DNA of 64,000 nucleotides from an uncultured Actinomycetes bacterium (lineage in GTDB: Bacteria > Actinomycetota > Acidimicrobiia > IMCC26256 > PALSA-610). This document shows, in pieces, positions 53,476 through 63,378 of the stretch (within the stretch, counting starts at the first letter, position 1; every line of letters begins with the position of its first letter). The stretch covers positions 383,691-447,690 of the forward strand of contig CAWAJR010000002.1 of NCBI GenBank assembly GCA_963782465.1, in the 5' to 3' direction. A model generated the notes under the pieces. It had not been told where the DNA came from, searched no databases, and saw nothing but the letters and a program-made list of their open reading frames with translations. The position numbers and the translations under genes are program-made.

Positions 53476-54937
53476 CCGGCTCGGCACGGCTCGAGTCGAA
53501 ACAGGGTTGCAGCACACCCGACGCCATGGTCGGTTCGATCGCGCGGCAGTTGCGAATCGTCGCGAAGGCGATGGCACCGCCGGCGATCGCGAGCGCGGCC
53601 GACACGTCCATCGCGCGCATGAAGGCATGGGTGAACTGCGACGCCCCGTGCGCGCGGTCGAGGCCGACGGCCCCGGGGAGTACGGCGACGGCGAGCAAAC
53701 CGGCGAGCCGGGCAACCGCATTGTTGACCCCCGACGCGATGCCGGCGCGGGCGTCGTCGACCGCGCCGAGCACCGCCGCGGTGAGCGGCGCGACCGTGGT
53801 CGTGAGCCCGATCCCGAAGACGACCGCGGCCGGGAGTACCGCAGTGACGTAATGATCGCCGGCACCGACCCGGCCGAACATCACCAGACCGGCACCGACG
53901 ACCAACGGGCCGATCGACATCTGCACCCGTGGACCGATCCGCTGGCTCAGCGCACCCGACCACGAGCTGAAGCACAGCATCAGCAGGGTGATCGGCGCCA
54001 GCGACGCGCCGGCTTCGACCGCCGAGTAGTGCAGTACCTGCTGGAGCTGCAACACGATCAGGAAGAACGCCGCGCCGAGCCCCGAGTACACCGCCAGGGT
54101 CGTGGCGTTCGCACCGGAGAACTGCGGGTTGCGGAACAAGCCGAGCGGCAACATCGGTGAGGGCTTACGCGCCTCGACGGCGAAGAACGACACGAGCGCG
54201 CCGACACCGATCACACCGATCGTCACCACGAGCGCGCCGGCATTCGCGTTCATTTCGATCAACGCGTACGCGAGGCATGCGAGTGCGATCGAAATGAGCG
54301 TCGCACCCAAGACGTCGACGTGCGGTGCCTCCGGCGCGCGTGACTCCGGGACATGGCGCAGCGCGACCATCACCGCGGCGATTGCGAGGGGAACGTTGAT
54401 GTAGAAGATCAACCGCCACGACACCGCGTCGACGAGCCAGCCACCGAGGAACGGTCCGATCGCACTCGTCACGCCGGTCAGCCCCGACCAGGCACCCACC
54501 GCCGCGCCACGGTCGTCGCTCGCGAACGAGGCGGAGATCAGCGAGAGGCTGCCGGGTACGAGGAGCGCGCCGGCGGCACCCTGCAACGCACGGGCCGCGA
54601 TCAGCACGCCGATCGTCGGTGCTGCGCCGCACAGCACCGACGCGACCGTGAAACCGGTGAGGCCGTACACGAACATACGCCGGCGGCCGAAGGTGTCGCC
54701 CAGCGAACCGCCGAGCAACAGCAGGGCGGTGAGGGTGACGAGGTACCCGTCGAGGACCCACTGCAGCGCGCGCAGGCCGACCCCGAAGTCGGAGCCGATC
54801 GTCGGCAGCGCGACGTTCACGACTGTGCTGTCGAGGAACGCGATGCCCGACCCGAGTACCGCGGCCACGAGCACCCAGCGGCCGGCGGGGCTCGCCAGCC
54901 GGAGCCCCGGCGCGGGGCCGCTGGTCGTCGTGCTCAC
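53465..54937 (-). CDS. MFS transporter, DHA2 (EmrB/QacA, 14-TM) type
   Basis: Contains ..FLDSTVVNVALPTI..L.WV...Y.L....LLL.GG.LGD.FGRRR.F.. and is long enough for 14 TM spans. Confidence 0.85.
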   Translation of the reverse strand: MSTTTSGPAPGLRLASPAGRWVLVAAVLGSGIAFLDSTVVNVALPTIGSDFGVGLRALQWVLDGYLVTLTALLLLGGSLGDTFGRRRMFVYGLTGFTVASVLCGAAPTIGVLIAARALQGAAGALLVPGSLSLISASFASDDRGAAVGAWSGLTGVTSAIGPFLGGWLVDAVSWRLIFYINVPLAIAAVMVALRHVPESRAPEAPHVDVLGATLISIALACLAYALIEMNANAGALVVTIGVIGVGALVSFFAVEARKPSPMLPLGLFRNPQFSGANATTLAVYSGLGAAFFLIVLQLQQVLHYSAVEAGASLAPITLLMLCFSSWSGALSQRIGPRVQMSIGPLVVGAGLVMFGRVGAGDHYVTAVLPAAVVFGIGLTTTVAPLTAAVLGAVDDARAGIASGVNNAVARLAGLLAVAVLPGAVGLDRAHGASQFTHAFMRAMDVSAALAIAGGAIAFATIRNCRAIEPTMASGVLQPCFDSSRAEPVSP

Positions 54938-55245
54938 GGGTGAGAGGGGCTCGGGCTTTGGCCGGGGATCTCGAAGAGCAGGTCGTCGGGATAGCAGTAG
55001 TACCAGTCTTCACCGGGCTCGAACGACTGCACGATCGGGTCACCGGTCGCCCGCGCGTGCTTCGTCGCGTGCTTTCCCGGCGACGAGTCGCAACAACCGA
55101 CATGCCCGCACGCGGTGCAGCGCCGCAAGTGCACCCAGTGCCCACCGGTGGCGAGACACTCGACGCAGCCGTCGGCGACCGGTGCGACGTCGGTGATCGT
55201 GTCGAGGTGCGTGCAGTCCACGTTCGCCATCGGTGTACTCCTCAT
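54934..55245 (-). CDS. UBP-type zinc-finger domain protein
   Basis: Contains C.H...........C.EC.......WVHLR.C..CGHVGCCDSS...HA.KH. 103 aa. Its stop overlaps the MFS start region. Confidence 0.8.
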   Translation of the reverse strand: MRSTPMANVDCTHLDTITDVAPVADGCVECLATGGHWVHLRRCTACGHVGCCDSSPGKHATKHARATGDPIVQSFEPGEDWYYCYPDDLLFEIPGQSPSPSHP

Positions 55246-55311
55246 CGTGCCGTCGGCGCCGCAACCCCGATGCCGACGGGTTTGTTCCCGGCCGCCGGGC
55301 GACCGGCCGCG

Positions 55312-57219
55312 TCAGGCCCGGGTATTCGCGGTCCAGCTCCGGTGCAGGCCGGCGTAGACGCCGCCAAGTTCGACCAGTTCGTCGTGCGTCCCGCGTTCCA
55401 CGATACGACCCGCGTCGAACACGAGGACGAGGTCGGCGTGTTCCGCGGTCGACAGCCGGTGCGCGACGCTGATCGTCGTTCGACCCTTCGCGACGCGAGC
55501 CAGCGCGTCGGCGAGCGCCCGTTCGGTCTCGGCGTCGACGGCGCTCGTGGCTTCGTCGAGCACGAGCAGCCCGGGCGTGCCGATCTCGGCCCGGGCGAGC
55601 GCGACCAGCTGGCGCTCCCCCACGGAGAGCGACTCACCCCGTTCACCGACACGCGTCGCGAGCCCGTCGGGCAGCCGCAGCAGCCACCACTCGAGACCGA
55701 GGCGGGCGAACGCGCGCTCGACATCGTCGTCGGTCGCGCCGGGAGCCGCCATCCGCACGTTGTCGGCGATCGTGGTATCGAAGAGGAATCCGTCTTGGGG
55801 CACCATGCGTGTGCCGTCGCGCCGCGCGGTCGCGTCGACATCGCGCAGGTCGTGCCCGCCGACGGTCACCACGCCGACGGTCGGGTCGGCGAGACGGCAC
55901 AGGAGTTTCGCGAACGTCGTCTTCCCCGAACCGGTTTCACCGACGATCGCGACGTGTGCGCCCGCCGGGATGTGCACGTTGACGTCGTGCAGCACCGGCT
56001 CGCTCCCCCGGTACGCGAACTCGAGGTGCGCGACGTCGACCGACAGCGCGCCGCGCGGGAAGGTTGCGCCGTGCTCGGGTTCGTGCACGTCGACAGGCAC
56101 TTCGAGCATGGCGAGGATCTTGCGCCAGCCCGAAATCGCCGTCTGGGTCTGGTCGAGGATCTCGCTCAACTCGCCGATCGGGCTGAGGAGCAGGTTGACG
56201 AGGAACATGAACGCGACGACCTTGCCCACGTCGAGCCCCCAGCTGCGGCCGTAGTAGGCGGTGACGACCACGATGGCCCCGATCGCGATCGCGCCGAAGA
56301 GGTCGCCGAGCGGGAACATGGCGGCGAAGTACTTGGCGGCACGGACGCGGGCACGGTACGCGCCGTCGATCCGGTGCCGCAGCCGTCCGCGAGCACGTTC
56401 CTGCAACCCGTACGCCCGGATCACCGCGGCCCCGCCGACGGTCTCGGAGAACTCGGCGAGCATGTCGCCGATGCGCGTGCGTTCCTCGTCGTAGGCAACG
56501 AGCTGACGCTGCTGGAAGGCACGGAAGAGTGGGATGACAGGTGCGTAACAGATCAGCGTGATCACCGTGAGTTGCCACGAGTAGGCGAGCATGACGAGGA
56601 AGGTGCCGACGATGAGCGTGCCGTTCACCAACCACGACATCGCGCCCCACTGCACGAACCGGGCGAGCGTCTCGACGTCGCTCGTCACCCTCGACACGAA
56701 CACGCCGCGCCGAGTGGTGGTGTGCTCGGCCATGCTCAGACGGTGAATGTGCTCGAAGACGCGTACCCGCAAGTTGCACAGCGCCTGTTCGGCCGCCACC
56801 ACAAGCCGGTAGTAGGTGAAGCGGCTGACGACGAGCACGAAGATCGTGATCAGCGCGGCGACCGCGCACGTGAGCGGCACGAACGCGGGGCGATAGCCAT
56901 GGGCGCCGAGGATGCCGCGGTCGAGGATCACCTGGATCAGCACGGGGATCGCGAGTTTTCCCGCCGCGGCGGCCAACGCGAACACGACCGACGCCTTGAT
57001 CGCGGCCCGGAGTTCCGGGCTCGCGCCCAGGCCGCGCCGCAACACGCTGACCGCACCCTCGGGCTCGACGACCTCGTCGTCGTCGAGCATCGCGAAGACG
57101 TGTTCCGTGAATTCGTCGCGTGCCTGGGCCGGCGCCGCATCGGCCACGACGTCATGGGCGGCGCCCTTGCTCGCCTCACCGTTCGCGAGTTCCCGCACCG
57201 CTTCGTCGCGCGCCATCAC
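55312..57219 (-). CDS. ABC exporter, fused permease/ATPase subunit
   Basis: A six-TM domain, then Walker A GETGSGKTT, signature LSVGERQ and Walker B LLVLDEATSAVD. Confidence 0.9.
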   Translation of the reverse strand: MMARDEAVRELANGEASKGAAHDVVADAAPAQARDEFTEHVFAMLDDDEVVEPEGAVSVLRRGLGASPELRAAIKASVVFALAAAAGKLAIPVLIQVILDRGILGAHGYRPAFVPLTCAVAALITIFVLVVSRFTYYRLVVAAEQALCNLRVRVFEHIHRLSMAEHTTTRRGVFVSRVTSDVETLARFVQWGAMSWLVNGTLIVGTFLVMLAYSWQLTVITLICYAPVIPLFRAFQQRQLVAYDEERTRIGDMLAEFSETVGGAAVIRAYGLQERARGRLRHRIDGAYRARVRAAKYFAAMFPLGDLFGAIAIGAIVVVTAYYGRSWGLDVGKVVAFMFLVNLLLSPIGELSEILDQTQTAISGWRKILAMLEVPVDVHEPEHGATFPRGALSVDVAHLEFAYRGSEPVLHDVNVHIPAGAHVAIVGETGSGKTTFAKLLCRLADPTVGVVTVGGHDLRDVDATARRDGTRMVPQDGFLFDTTIADNVRMAAPGATDDDVERAFARLGLEWWLLRLPDGLATRVGERGESLSVGERQLVALARAEIGTPGLLVLDEATSAVDAETERALADALARVAKGRTTISVAHRLSTAEHADLVLVFDAGRIVERGTHDELVELGGVYAGLHRSWTANTRA

Positions 57220-58979
57220 GCCACCTCTTGCTCGTAGGCGCGCACCATCGCCTCGTAGTCGGCGTTGGTCGTGAGCAGTTCGTTGTGCGAGCCCGACGCG
57301 ACGATGCGGCCGTCTTGCATGAACAGCACCCGGTCGGCGAGCGCGATCGTCGACACCCGGTGCGCGACGATCAGCGTCGTCATGTTGAGCTCGTCGCGCA
57401 ACGCGTGCAGGATGCGCGACTCGACGGTGGCGTCGACCGCCGCGGTCGCGTCGTCGAGCAGGAGGAACCGCGGCCGGCGCACCAACGCTCGAGCCAGCGC
57501 GATGCGCTGGCGTTGACCACCTGAGAGCGTCACGCCCCGTTCACCGATCTCGGTTTCGTACTTCGCCGGCAGCGAGTCGACGAAGGTCGACACCTGCGCG
57601 ACTCCCGCGGCCCATCGCACGGCCGTCGTGCCGGCTTCGGCGCCGAGATCGATGTTGTTGGCGAGCGTGTCGGCGAACAGGAACGACTCCTGGAACACGA
57701 GCGCGACGGTCGCCCGCAGCTCCGCACGCGTCGCGACGGCGAGGTCGATCCCACCGACACGAACCACACCCTCGTCGGGGCGGTCGAGCCCGGCCAGGAG
57801 CTCGCACAGCGTGGTCTTGCCGCAGCCCGTCGGGCCGACGAGCGCGACGACCTCGCCCGCGTCGATGTGCAGGGAACAATCGGAGAGCACCGGCTGCGCA
57901 CCTTCGCGATGGCCGTACGTCAGGCGCTCGGCGTCGACTGCGAGGCCGCCGCCGGGCAGGGGCACGGGCCGATCGGCGAGCCGTTCGGGTTGCGCGGCCA
58001 GCACGCCGTCGATGCGATCGAGCGCGACCACCGAACGGGGCATCTCCTCGAGCAGGAACCCGACGACACGCATCGGGAAGGCGAGCAGCGTGAACAGCGA
58101 CATCGCCTGCACGAGGTCGCCCGGGGTGACCGCGCCGGTGGACACGCGCCACCCACCGATCCCGAGGATGGCGATGATCCCGAGGTTCGGCAATGAGTCG
58201 AGCATCGGTTCGAAGAAGGCGCGCAGTCGGCCGACCTCGACGCGCGCCGTGCGGAGGTGATCGGCCGACGTGGCCATACGGTCGATCTCCGCGTCCTCCC
58301 GGCCGAGCGTCTTCACCACCAACGCGCCCTCGAAACTCTCGTGCGCGATCGCGGACACGTCGCCGACGCGTTCCTGTACCTGTTGCGCGGGCCGCTCCAC
58401 CCGGCGCGTGTAGAAGCGGTTCAGGGCCGCCATCGCGGGGAACAGCACGATGCCGACCAGCGTGAGGAGCGGGTCGATCAACAACAGCGCGACGACCGAG
58501 AACACGATGAGCACGACGAGCCCGGTCGAGAACGGGAGCGGGTTGATCACTTCCGCCGCGACCATCACGTCGTTGTCGGCGTGCGCGAGCAACGTGCCGG
58601 TCGCGTGCTCGCGGTGGAACGAAAGGGGAACGTCGAGGTAACGGTCGGCGATCTGGTGTCGCAGCGTCGCCATGTTCGCGGCCGCGCTCATCCCGGCGAA
58701 GTACCGGCGCGTGATCACGCCGGCGCTGCGCACGAACGCGACGGCAACGATCGCGATCGCACCCGCCCAGATCGTGCCGCGCGCGACATGGCCCCGGAAT
58801 GCCGGGATGATCACATGGTCGGTGACGCGGCCGAGCACCACCGTGCCGAGCACTGACGTGAGCGCGAACACGACCGAACCGCACACCGACGTGGCGAACG
58901 GCACCGGGTGCGCCCGAATGAACCGGCGCAGCGTCGCGGCGCCGCGACGCCACAAACTGCGATCGGATGTTTCGAGCAC
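57216..58979 (-). CDS. ABC exporter, fused permease/ATPase subunit (partner of 55312..57219)
   Basis: A six-TM domain, then GPTGCGKTT, LSGGQRQRIALARA and LLLDDATAAVD. A 4-nt overlap with the downstream gene suggests a heterodimer. Confidence 0.9.
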   Translation of the reverse strand: MLETSDRSLWRRGAATLRRFIRAHPVPFATSVCGSVVFALTSVLGTVVLGRVTDHVIIPAFRGHVARGTIWAGAIAIVAVAFVRSAGVITRRYFAGMSAAANMATLRHQIADRYLDVPLSFHREHATGTLLAHADNDVMVAAEVINPLPFSTGLVVLIVFSVVALLLIDPLLTLVGIVLFPAMAALNRFYTRRVERPAQQVQERVGDVSAIAHESFEGALVVKTLGREDAEIDRMATSADHLRTARVEVGRLRAFFEPMLDSLPNLGIIAILGIGGWRVSTGAVTPGDLVQAMSLFTLLAFPMRVVGFLLEEMPRSVVALDRIDGVLAAQPERLADRPVPLPGGGLAVDAERLTYGHREGAQPVLSDCSLHIDAGEVVALVGPTGCGKTTLCELLAGLDRPDEGVVRVGGIDLAVATRAELRATVALVFQESFLFADTLANNIDLGAEAGTTAVRWAAGVAQVSTFVDSLPAKYETEIGERGVTLSGGQRQRIALARALVRRPRFLLLDDATAAVDATVESRILHALRDELNMTTLIVAHRVSTIALADRVLFMQDGRIVASGSHNELLTTNADYEAMVRAYEQEVA

Positions 58980-59049
58980 GTGCGACTTCCTTGCCGGGCC
59001 GGCCTTCGCAGGCTACCGACCGGCGCCGGGGCGAGGTTCCCGAATACGG

Positions 59050-59811
59050 CTAGCGAAGCCGGTCGTCGAGGAAGGGGAAGCGGGCGCGAGTCGCCGCGAC
59101 CACTCCCGGGTCGACGTCGGCGACGAGCACGGTCTCGATGCCGGACGCGGCCACGAGGACCTCACCCATCGGATCGATCACACAACTGTCGCCCGCATAG
59201 TCGAGGCCACCTCCGTTGCCGACCCGGTTGGCGGCGATCACGTACGCCTGGTTCTCGATGGCCCGGGCCCGCAGCAACGCCTGCCAGTGCGAACGCCGGC
59301 TGGCCGGCCAGTTCGCGACCACGACGTAACAGTCGGTTCGGGGGGCGGCGTCCCAGAACAGGTAAGCGAACCGCAGGTCGTAACAGACGAGCGGGGTCAC
59401 ACGCAGACCGTCGACCTCGACCGTGACCGGTGCCGAGCCGGCCGCGTAGTGCTCGTGCTCGCGGCCGTAGCTGAACGGATGGACCTTCGCGTAGCGGGTC
59501 ACGGTTCCGTCGGGCGCGGCCAGGACGAGTTGGTTGAACGGTCGATCCGCGCCCGGGCCGAGTTCCGCGACCGAGGCGCACACCCATGCATCGTGCGCGG
59601 TCGCCTGCTCGACCAGGAAGCTGGTGCTCGGCCCGCCCGGCGGCTCGGCGATCCTCGCCGCGTCCATCGAGAACCCGGTCGCGTACATCTCCGTGAGCGC
59701 GATGAGCCGCGCGCCGGCATGCGCCGCGTTGGTGATCAGCGCCCCGAGACGTTCGAAGTTCGCCTTCGGGTCTTCCCACACGATGTCGTGCTGTACGGCG
59801 GCGACCTTCAC
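59050..59811 (-). CDS. Carbon-nitrogen hydrolase (nitrilase superfamily; omega-amidase/Nit-like)
   Basis: Glu-Lys-Cys triad contexts ALTEMYATGF, RYAKVHPF and PLVCYDLRF. GTG 59811 overlaps the aminotransferase stop (GTGA). Confidence 0.85.
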   Translation of the reverse strand: MKVAAVQHDIVWEDPKANFERLGALITNAAHAGARLIALTEMYATGFSMDAARIAEPPGGPSTSFLVEQATAHDAWVCASVAELGPGADRPFNQLVLAAPDGTVTRYAKVHPFSYGREHEHYAAGSAPVTVEVDGLRVTPLVCYDLRFAYLFWDAAPRTDCYVVVANWPASRRSHWQALLRARAIENQAYVIAANRVGNGGGLDYAGDSCVIDPMGEVLVAASGIETVLVADVDPGVVAATRARFPFLDDRLR

Positions 59812-60983
59812 GGGCGGTCCATCTCTCGTAATGCTTTCAATCGGGTGGTCGCTTCCTCCAGCACGTCGAGTCGCTTGCAGAACGCGAACCGCACGAAGGA
59901 GCGACCGAGCTCCTCGTGCTCGTAGAACACGACGTTGGGCACCGCCACCACCCCGCACCGGTCCGGCAACGAACGGCAGAACTCGAGGCCGTCACGCTCG
60001 CCGAACGGTTCGATGTTCGCGGTGACGAAGTAGGTGCCGGCCGGCTCGTACACGTCGAAGCCCGCGGCCGCGAGCCCGGCCCCGAGACGATCGCGCTTCG
60101 TCCGCATGTCGGCCGACAACCCCTCGTAGTACGGGTCGGGGAGGTCGAGCGCGTACGCGATCGCGTACTGGAACGGCGCGCCGTTGACGTAGGTGAGGAA
60201 TTGCTTCGCGGTCCGCACCGCGCTCACCAACGGCTCCGGACCGCACGCCCAGCCGATCTTCCACCCGGTGAACGAGAACGTCTTGCCACCCGACGAGATC
60301 GTGAGGGTGCGATCCCGCATTCCGGGAAGTGACGCGAGCGGGATGTGCACGCCGTCGAACACGATGTGCTCGTACACCTCGTCGGTCACCGCGATCACGT
60401 CGTGCTCGATGCACAGGCGTGCGACCTCGTCGAGTTCCTCGCGGGAGAAGACCTTGCCCGTGGGGTTGTGCGGCGAGTTGAGCAGCACCATCCGGGTGCG
60501 CGGCCCGAACGCGCGCGCCAGTTCGTCGGGATCGAAGGCATAGTGCGGCGGGCGGAGGGTGACGGCCCGAAGGCCGGCACCGGCCATCGCCGCGCACGCG
60601 CGGTACGAGTCGTACGCGGGCTCGAACGTCACGATCTCGTCGCCGGTCTCGCAGAGGGCGAGGATCGCGGCGGCGATCGCTTCCGTCGCGCCCGCGGTGA
60701 CGAGCACCTCCGTCGCGGGATCGACGGCCAGGGAGTAGAAGCGTTGCTGGTGGCGCGCCACCGCGTCGCGCAGTTCGGGGATCCCGATGCCGGGCGGGTA
60801 CTGGTTGCGGCCACCGAGGATCGCGTCGACGGCGACCTGCGCGACCTCGGCCGGACCGTCGGTGTCGGGGAACCCCTGCCCGAGGTTCACCGCGCCCGTC
60901 GCCACGGCCAGCGCCGACATCTCGGCGAAGATCGTCGTCCCGAGGCCCTGCAACCGGGCGTTGAGGTACGGGGCCCTGGTCAC
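59808..60983 (-). CDS. Class I PLP-dependent aminotransferase (YbdL / glutamine-transaminase-K-like)
   Basis: Contains ..NLGQGFPD..NQYPP..GIPELR..NSPHNPTG..SSGGKTFSFTGWKIGW... GTG 60983 overlaps the LLM stop (GTGA). Confidence 0.9.
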   Translation of the reverse strand: MTRAPYLNARLQGLGTTIFAEMSALAVATGAVNLGQGFPDTDGPAEVAQVAVDAILGGRNQYPPGIGIPELRDAVARHQQRFYSLAVDPATEVLVTAGATEAIAAAILALCETGDEIVTFEPAYDSYRACAAMAGAGLRAVTLRPPHYAFDPDELARAFGPRTRMVLLNSPHNPTGKVFSREELDEVARLCIEHDVIAVTDEVYEHIVFDGVHIPLASLPGMRDRTLTISSGGKTFSFTGWKIGWACGPEPLVSAVRTAKQFLTYVNGAPFQYAIAYALDLPDPYYEGLSADMRTKRDRLGAGLAAAGFDVYEPAGTYFVTANIEPFGERDGLEFCRSLPDRCGVVAVPNVVFYEHEELGRSFVRFAFCKRLDVLEEATTRLKALREMDRP

Positions 60984-62089
60984 GACCCGGCGAACTCGGG
61001 GATGACTTTCGTGCCCATCAGTTCGATGGTCTGCATCACCTGCTCGTGCGGGATCTTGTAAGGGTTCACGAGACAGAGCAGGAGGTCGACGCCCGCCTCC
61101 TCGTAGCGACGGCAGGCCTCGATGGCCTGGTCCGGCGTTCCGAGTACGCACGCACCCGAGTCGACGAGGTACTCGAGCGACAGCAGGTCGAGCGAACCGT
61201 CGTCGGCGTGCGCCTTCATCCCCGCCGCGTAGTCGTAGTTGCCGAGCTCCTGGTTCCGTTCCGCCATCCATTCCGCGACCGACGCGATCGCGCGGGCACC
61301 GGTCTTCGGGTACCACTCGAACGACTCGCGCGCGGTCTCGCGCGCTTCGGCCTCGGTTGGGGCGACATGGCACATCGTGAACGTCGCCGCCGCGTTGTTC
61401 ACGAACTTCCCGATCGGGGTCGCGCAGTGGGAGACCGCCTCCCGGTAGATGTCGATCTTCTTCTTCACCTCTTCCGGCGCGACGCCGACCGCGAACGAGC
61501 AGAGCCCGAGCCCGAGCTCACCGATCTGGCGGTGGCCGTCGTCGCTGGTGGTCGCGCCCCACAACGGCGGGTGCGGCTTCTGCAGCGGCTTCGGTTGCAC
61601 CCGGCGTGGTGGCATCTGCCAGTGCTTCCCGGCGAACTCGTAGGTGTCGTTGGTCCAGCACCCGACGACATGCTCGATCGCCTCGCGCCACATCTCGCGC
61701 GTCTCGTGCGGGTCGAGCCCGAACCCTTCGAGCTCGGCACGAGTCGACGAACGGCCGGTGCCGAAGTCGACCCGGCCGTCGGAGAGCAGGTCGAGCACCG
61801 CGACCGACTCCGCGGTACGCACCGGATGGTTGTACGGCTTCGGCATGAGCCGCACGCCGTAACCGATCCGGATCCGTTCGGTGCGGCTCGCGATCGCCCC
61901 GTAGAGCACTTCGGGGTTCGAGCAGTGCGAGTACTCCTCGAGAAAGTGGTGCTCGACCGTCCAGAAGGCGTCGAACCCGACCTGGTCGCCGAGGATCGCC
62001 TCCTCCAGTGTTTCCTTGTACGCCCGGTGCTCGCTCTCCGCGTCCCACGGACGCGCAACCGGGATCTCGTAGAACAGCGCAAATCGCAT
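60980..62089 (-). CDS. Luciferase-like monooxygenase (LLM class flavin/F420-dependent oxidoreductase)
   Basis: Contains MRFALFYE..FDAFWTVEHHF..SNPEVLYGAIA..T.RIRIGYGV... 369 aa. Confidence 0.9.
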   Translation of the reverse strand: MRFALFYEIPVARPWDAESEHRAYKETLEEAILGDQVGFDAFWTVEHHFLEEYSHCSNPEVLYGAIASRTERIRIGYGVRLMPKPYNHPVRTAESVAVLDLLSDGRVDFGTGRSSTRAELEGFGLDPHETREMWREAIEHVVGCWTNDTYEFAGKHWQMPPRRVQPKPLQKPHPPLWGATTSDDGHRQIGELGLGLCSFAVGVAPEEVKKKIDIYREAVSHCATPIGKFVNNAAATFTMCHVAPTEAEARETARESFEWYPKTGARAIASVAEWMAERNQELGNYDYAAGMKAHADDGSLDLLSLEYLVDSGACVLGTPDQAIEACRRYEEAGVDLLLCLVNPYKIPHEQVMQTIELMGTKVIPEFAGS

Positions 62090-62276
62090 CGCGGTGCCGC
62101 TCCCCTCGCCGAATGACCCGCCGGGTTGTGTCGATTTCACCCCCGTGCGGGGGTACAAGTGACACAACCGACGGTGGGTGGCGAGCTTACGAGCAGGCGT
62201 GGGCGGCGCGTGGCACGCAACCACGCCCGGTTCCGTCGCCCGGGTGACGATGATCGCCGCTGGGTAGGAACATCTC

Positions 62277-62609
62277 ATGACGACGCGGGAGGCGACAGGT
62301 TTCCGGGGTATGGGCGTATGGGTGCCGGTCGTCGCCGGGCTGGTCGTCGCGGCCGGGGCGGTCGTCTTCGTGGCCCAGAACGCGCACGGGGTCGCGCTGC
62401 GATTCCTGTGGGTGCACTTCCGCGCGTCGCCGGCGGTACTCGTCCTCGCGACCGCGGTGGTCGCGGTCGCCGTGACGGAGGCGCTCGGCGCGCTCTGGCG
62501 GCGACGCCGGCGCCGCGTGCTCACCGAACGGGAAGAACTCGCCGAACTGCGTACGACGCTCGCTCCCACCGCAGACGCGGAGCAAGACCCGTCGCACGTT
62601 TCACCGTGA
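62277..62609 (+). CDS. Small membrane protein (LapA/DUF1049-like)
   Basis: Two TM spans (VWVPVVAGLVVAAGAVVFV and PAVLVLATAVVAVAVTEALGAL), followed by RRRRRR and a coiled tail. Confidence 0.55.
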   Translation: MTTREATGFRGMGVWVPVVAGLVVAAGAVVFVAQNAHGVALRFLWVHFRASPAVLVLATAVVAVAVTEALGALWRRRRRRVLTEREELAELRTTLAPTADAEQDPSHVSP

Positions 62610-63106
62610 GCCCGGCCGCGTTCACCCGGATCGTCGCCGGGCTCGACGGGCCGATGTTCGTGGTCACCACCGCGAGGAACGGCGAACGGAGCGGCTGCCT
62701 CGTCGGGTTCGCGGGTCAGTGCAGCATCGAACCGCCGCGGTTTTGCGTCTGGATATCGAAGACGAACCACACCTTCCGCGTTGCCGATGACGGCGCGACG
62801 ACAACGGCGGTGCTCGCCGTCCACCCGCTGCGCGCCGGCGACGAACCGATCGCCCGGCTCTTCGGCGAAACCACCGGCGACGACGTCGACAAGTTCGCGC
62901 ACTGCCCATGGGAACCGGGCCCGAAAGGGGTACCAGTACTCAGTTCGTGCGATTGGTTCGCGGGCGAGGTGATCGACCGCATCGACGGCGGCGACCACGT
63001 CGGATATGTCCTCGAACTCCTCGACGGCGGTTCGGCGGCCCATCACCGCGAGTCGCAGCTCGGCTACCAGGCCGTCGCGGATCTCGACGCCGGGCACGCG
63101 CCGTAA
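62606..63106 (+). CDS. Flavin reductase-like FMN-binding domain protein
   Basis: Contains ..MFVVTTA..GERSGCLVGF..Q.S..PPRF.VWIS..N.T... Its GTG overlaps the upstream stop (GTGA). Confidence 0.8.
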   Translation: MSPAAFTRIVAGLDGPMFVVTTARNGERSGCLVGFAGQCSIEPPRFCVWISKTNHTFRVADDGATTTAVLAVHPLRAGDEPIARLFGETTGDDVDKFAHCPWEPGPKGVPVLSSCDWFAGEVIDRIDGGDHVGYVLELLDGGSAAHHRESQLGYQAVADLDAGHAP

Positions 63107-63378
63107 CGCCGCGTGGCCCCGCCGGATTGGGACTTTCGGTCCCTGCGCGGCGCGGCCCGCTCACCCGATCATGTTGGCAATGCGCGACATCACCATCGCC
63201 GACGCGACCGGGAGCCCCTGGCCCGCCAACGAAGCCGAGCCGGGGCACCTGTCGGTCATCTCGCGTCCCTGCCCGCGCACCGTACGCGTCGACGGCACCC
63301 TCGAAGCCGACGGCTTTTGCGCGGGCTGCGGGGCCTGCCTGTTCCCCGTGCTCGAAGCGTGGGCCTGACGCTTCGGGC

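Noticed and set aside
51268-53865. Very long alternative-frame or antisense ORFs. Examples are 51268..53865, 54940..57237, 33693..35726, 46930..48765, 337..1605, the upstream 1.1 kb of 40403..43306, and the upstream 1.3 kb of 15687..17807
   Set aside because: They are Arg/Pro/Gly/Ala-rich with no recognisable motifs. They overlap ORFs with clear family signatures and proper GC3 bias, so they look like typical open-frame artefacts of high-GC DNA.
63171-63368. Small 65-aa Cys-containing ORF (MLAMRDITIADATGS..FCAGCGACLFPVLEAWA) between the flavin reductase and glutathione peroxidase genes
   Set aside because: It has no recognisable family, no clear ribosome-binding site, and competing overlapping ORFs in other frames. 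Support is insufficient to call it a gene.
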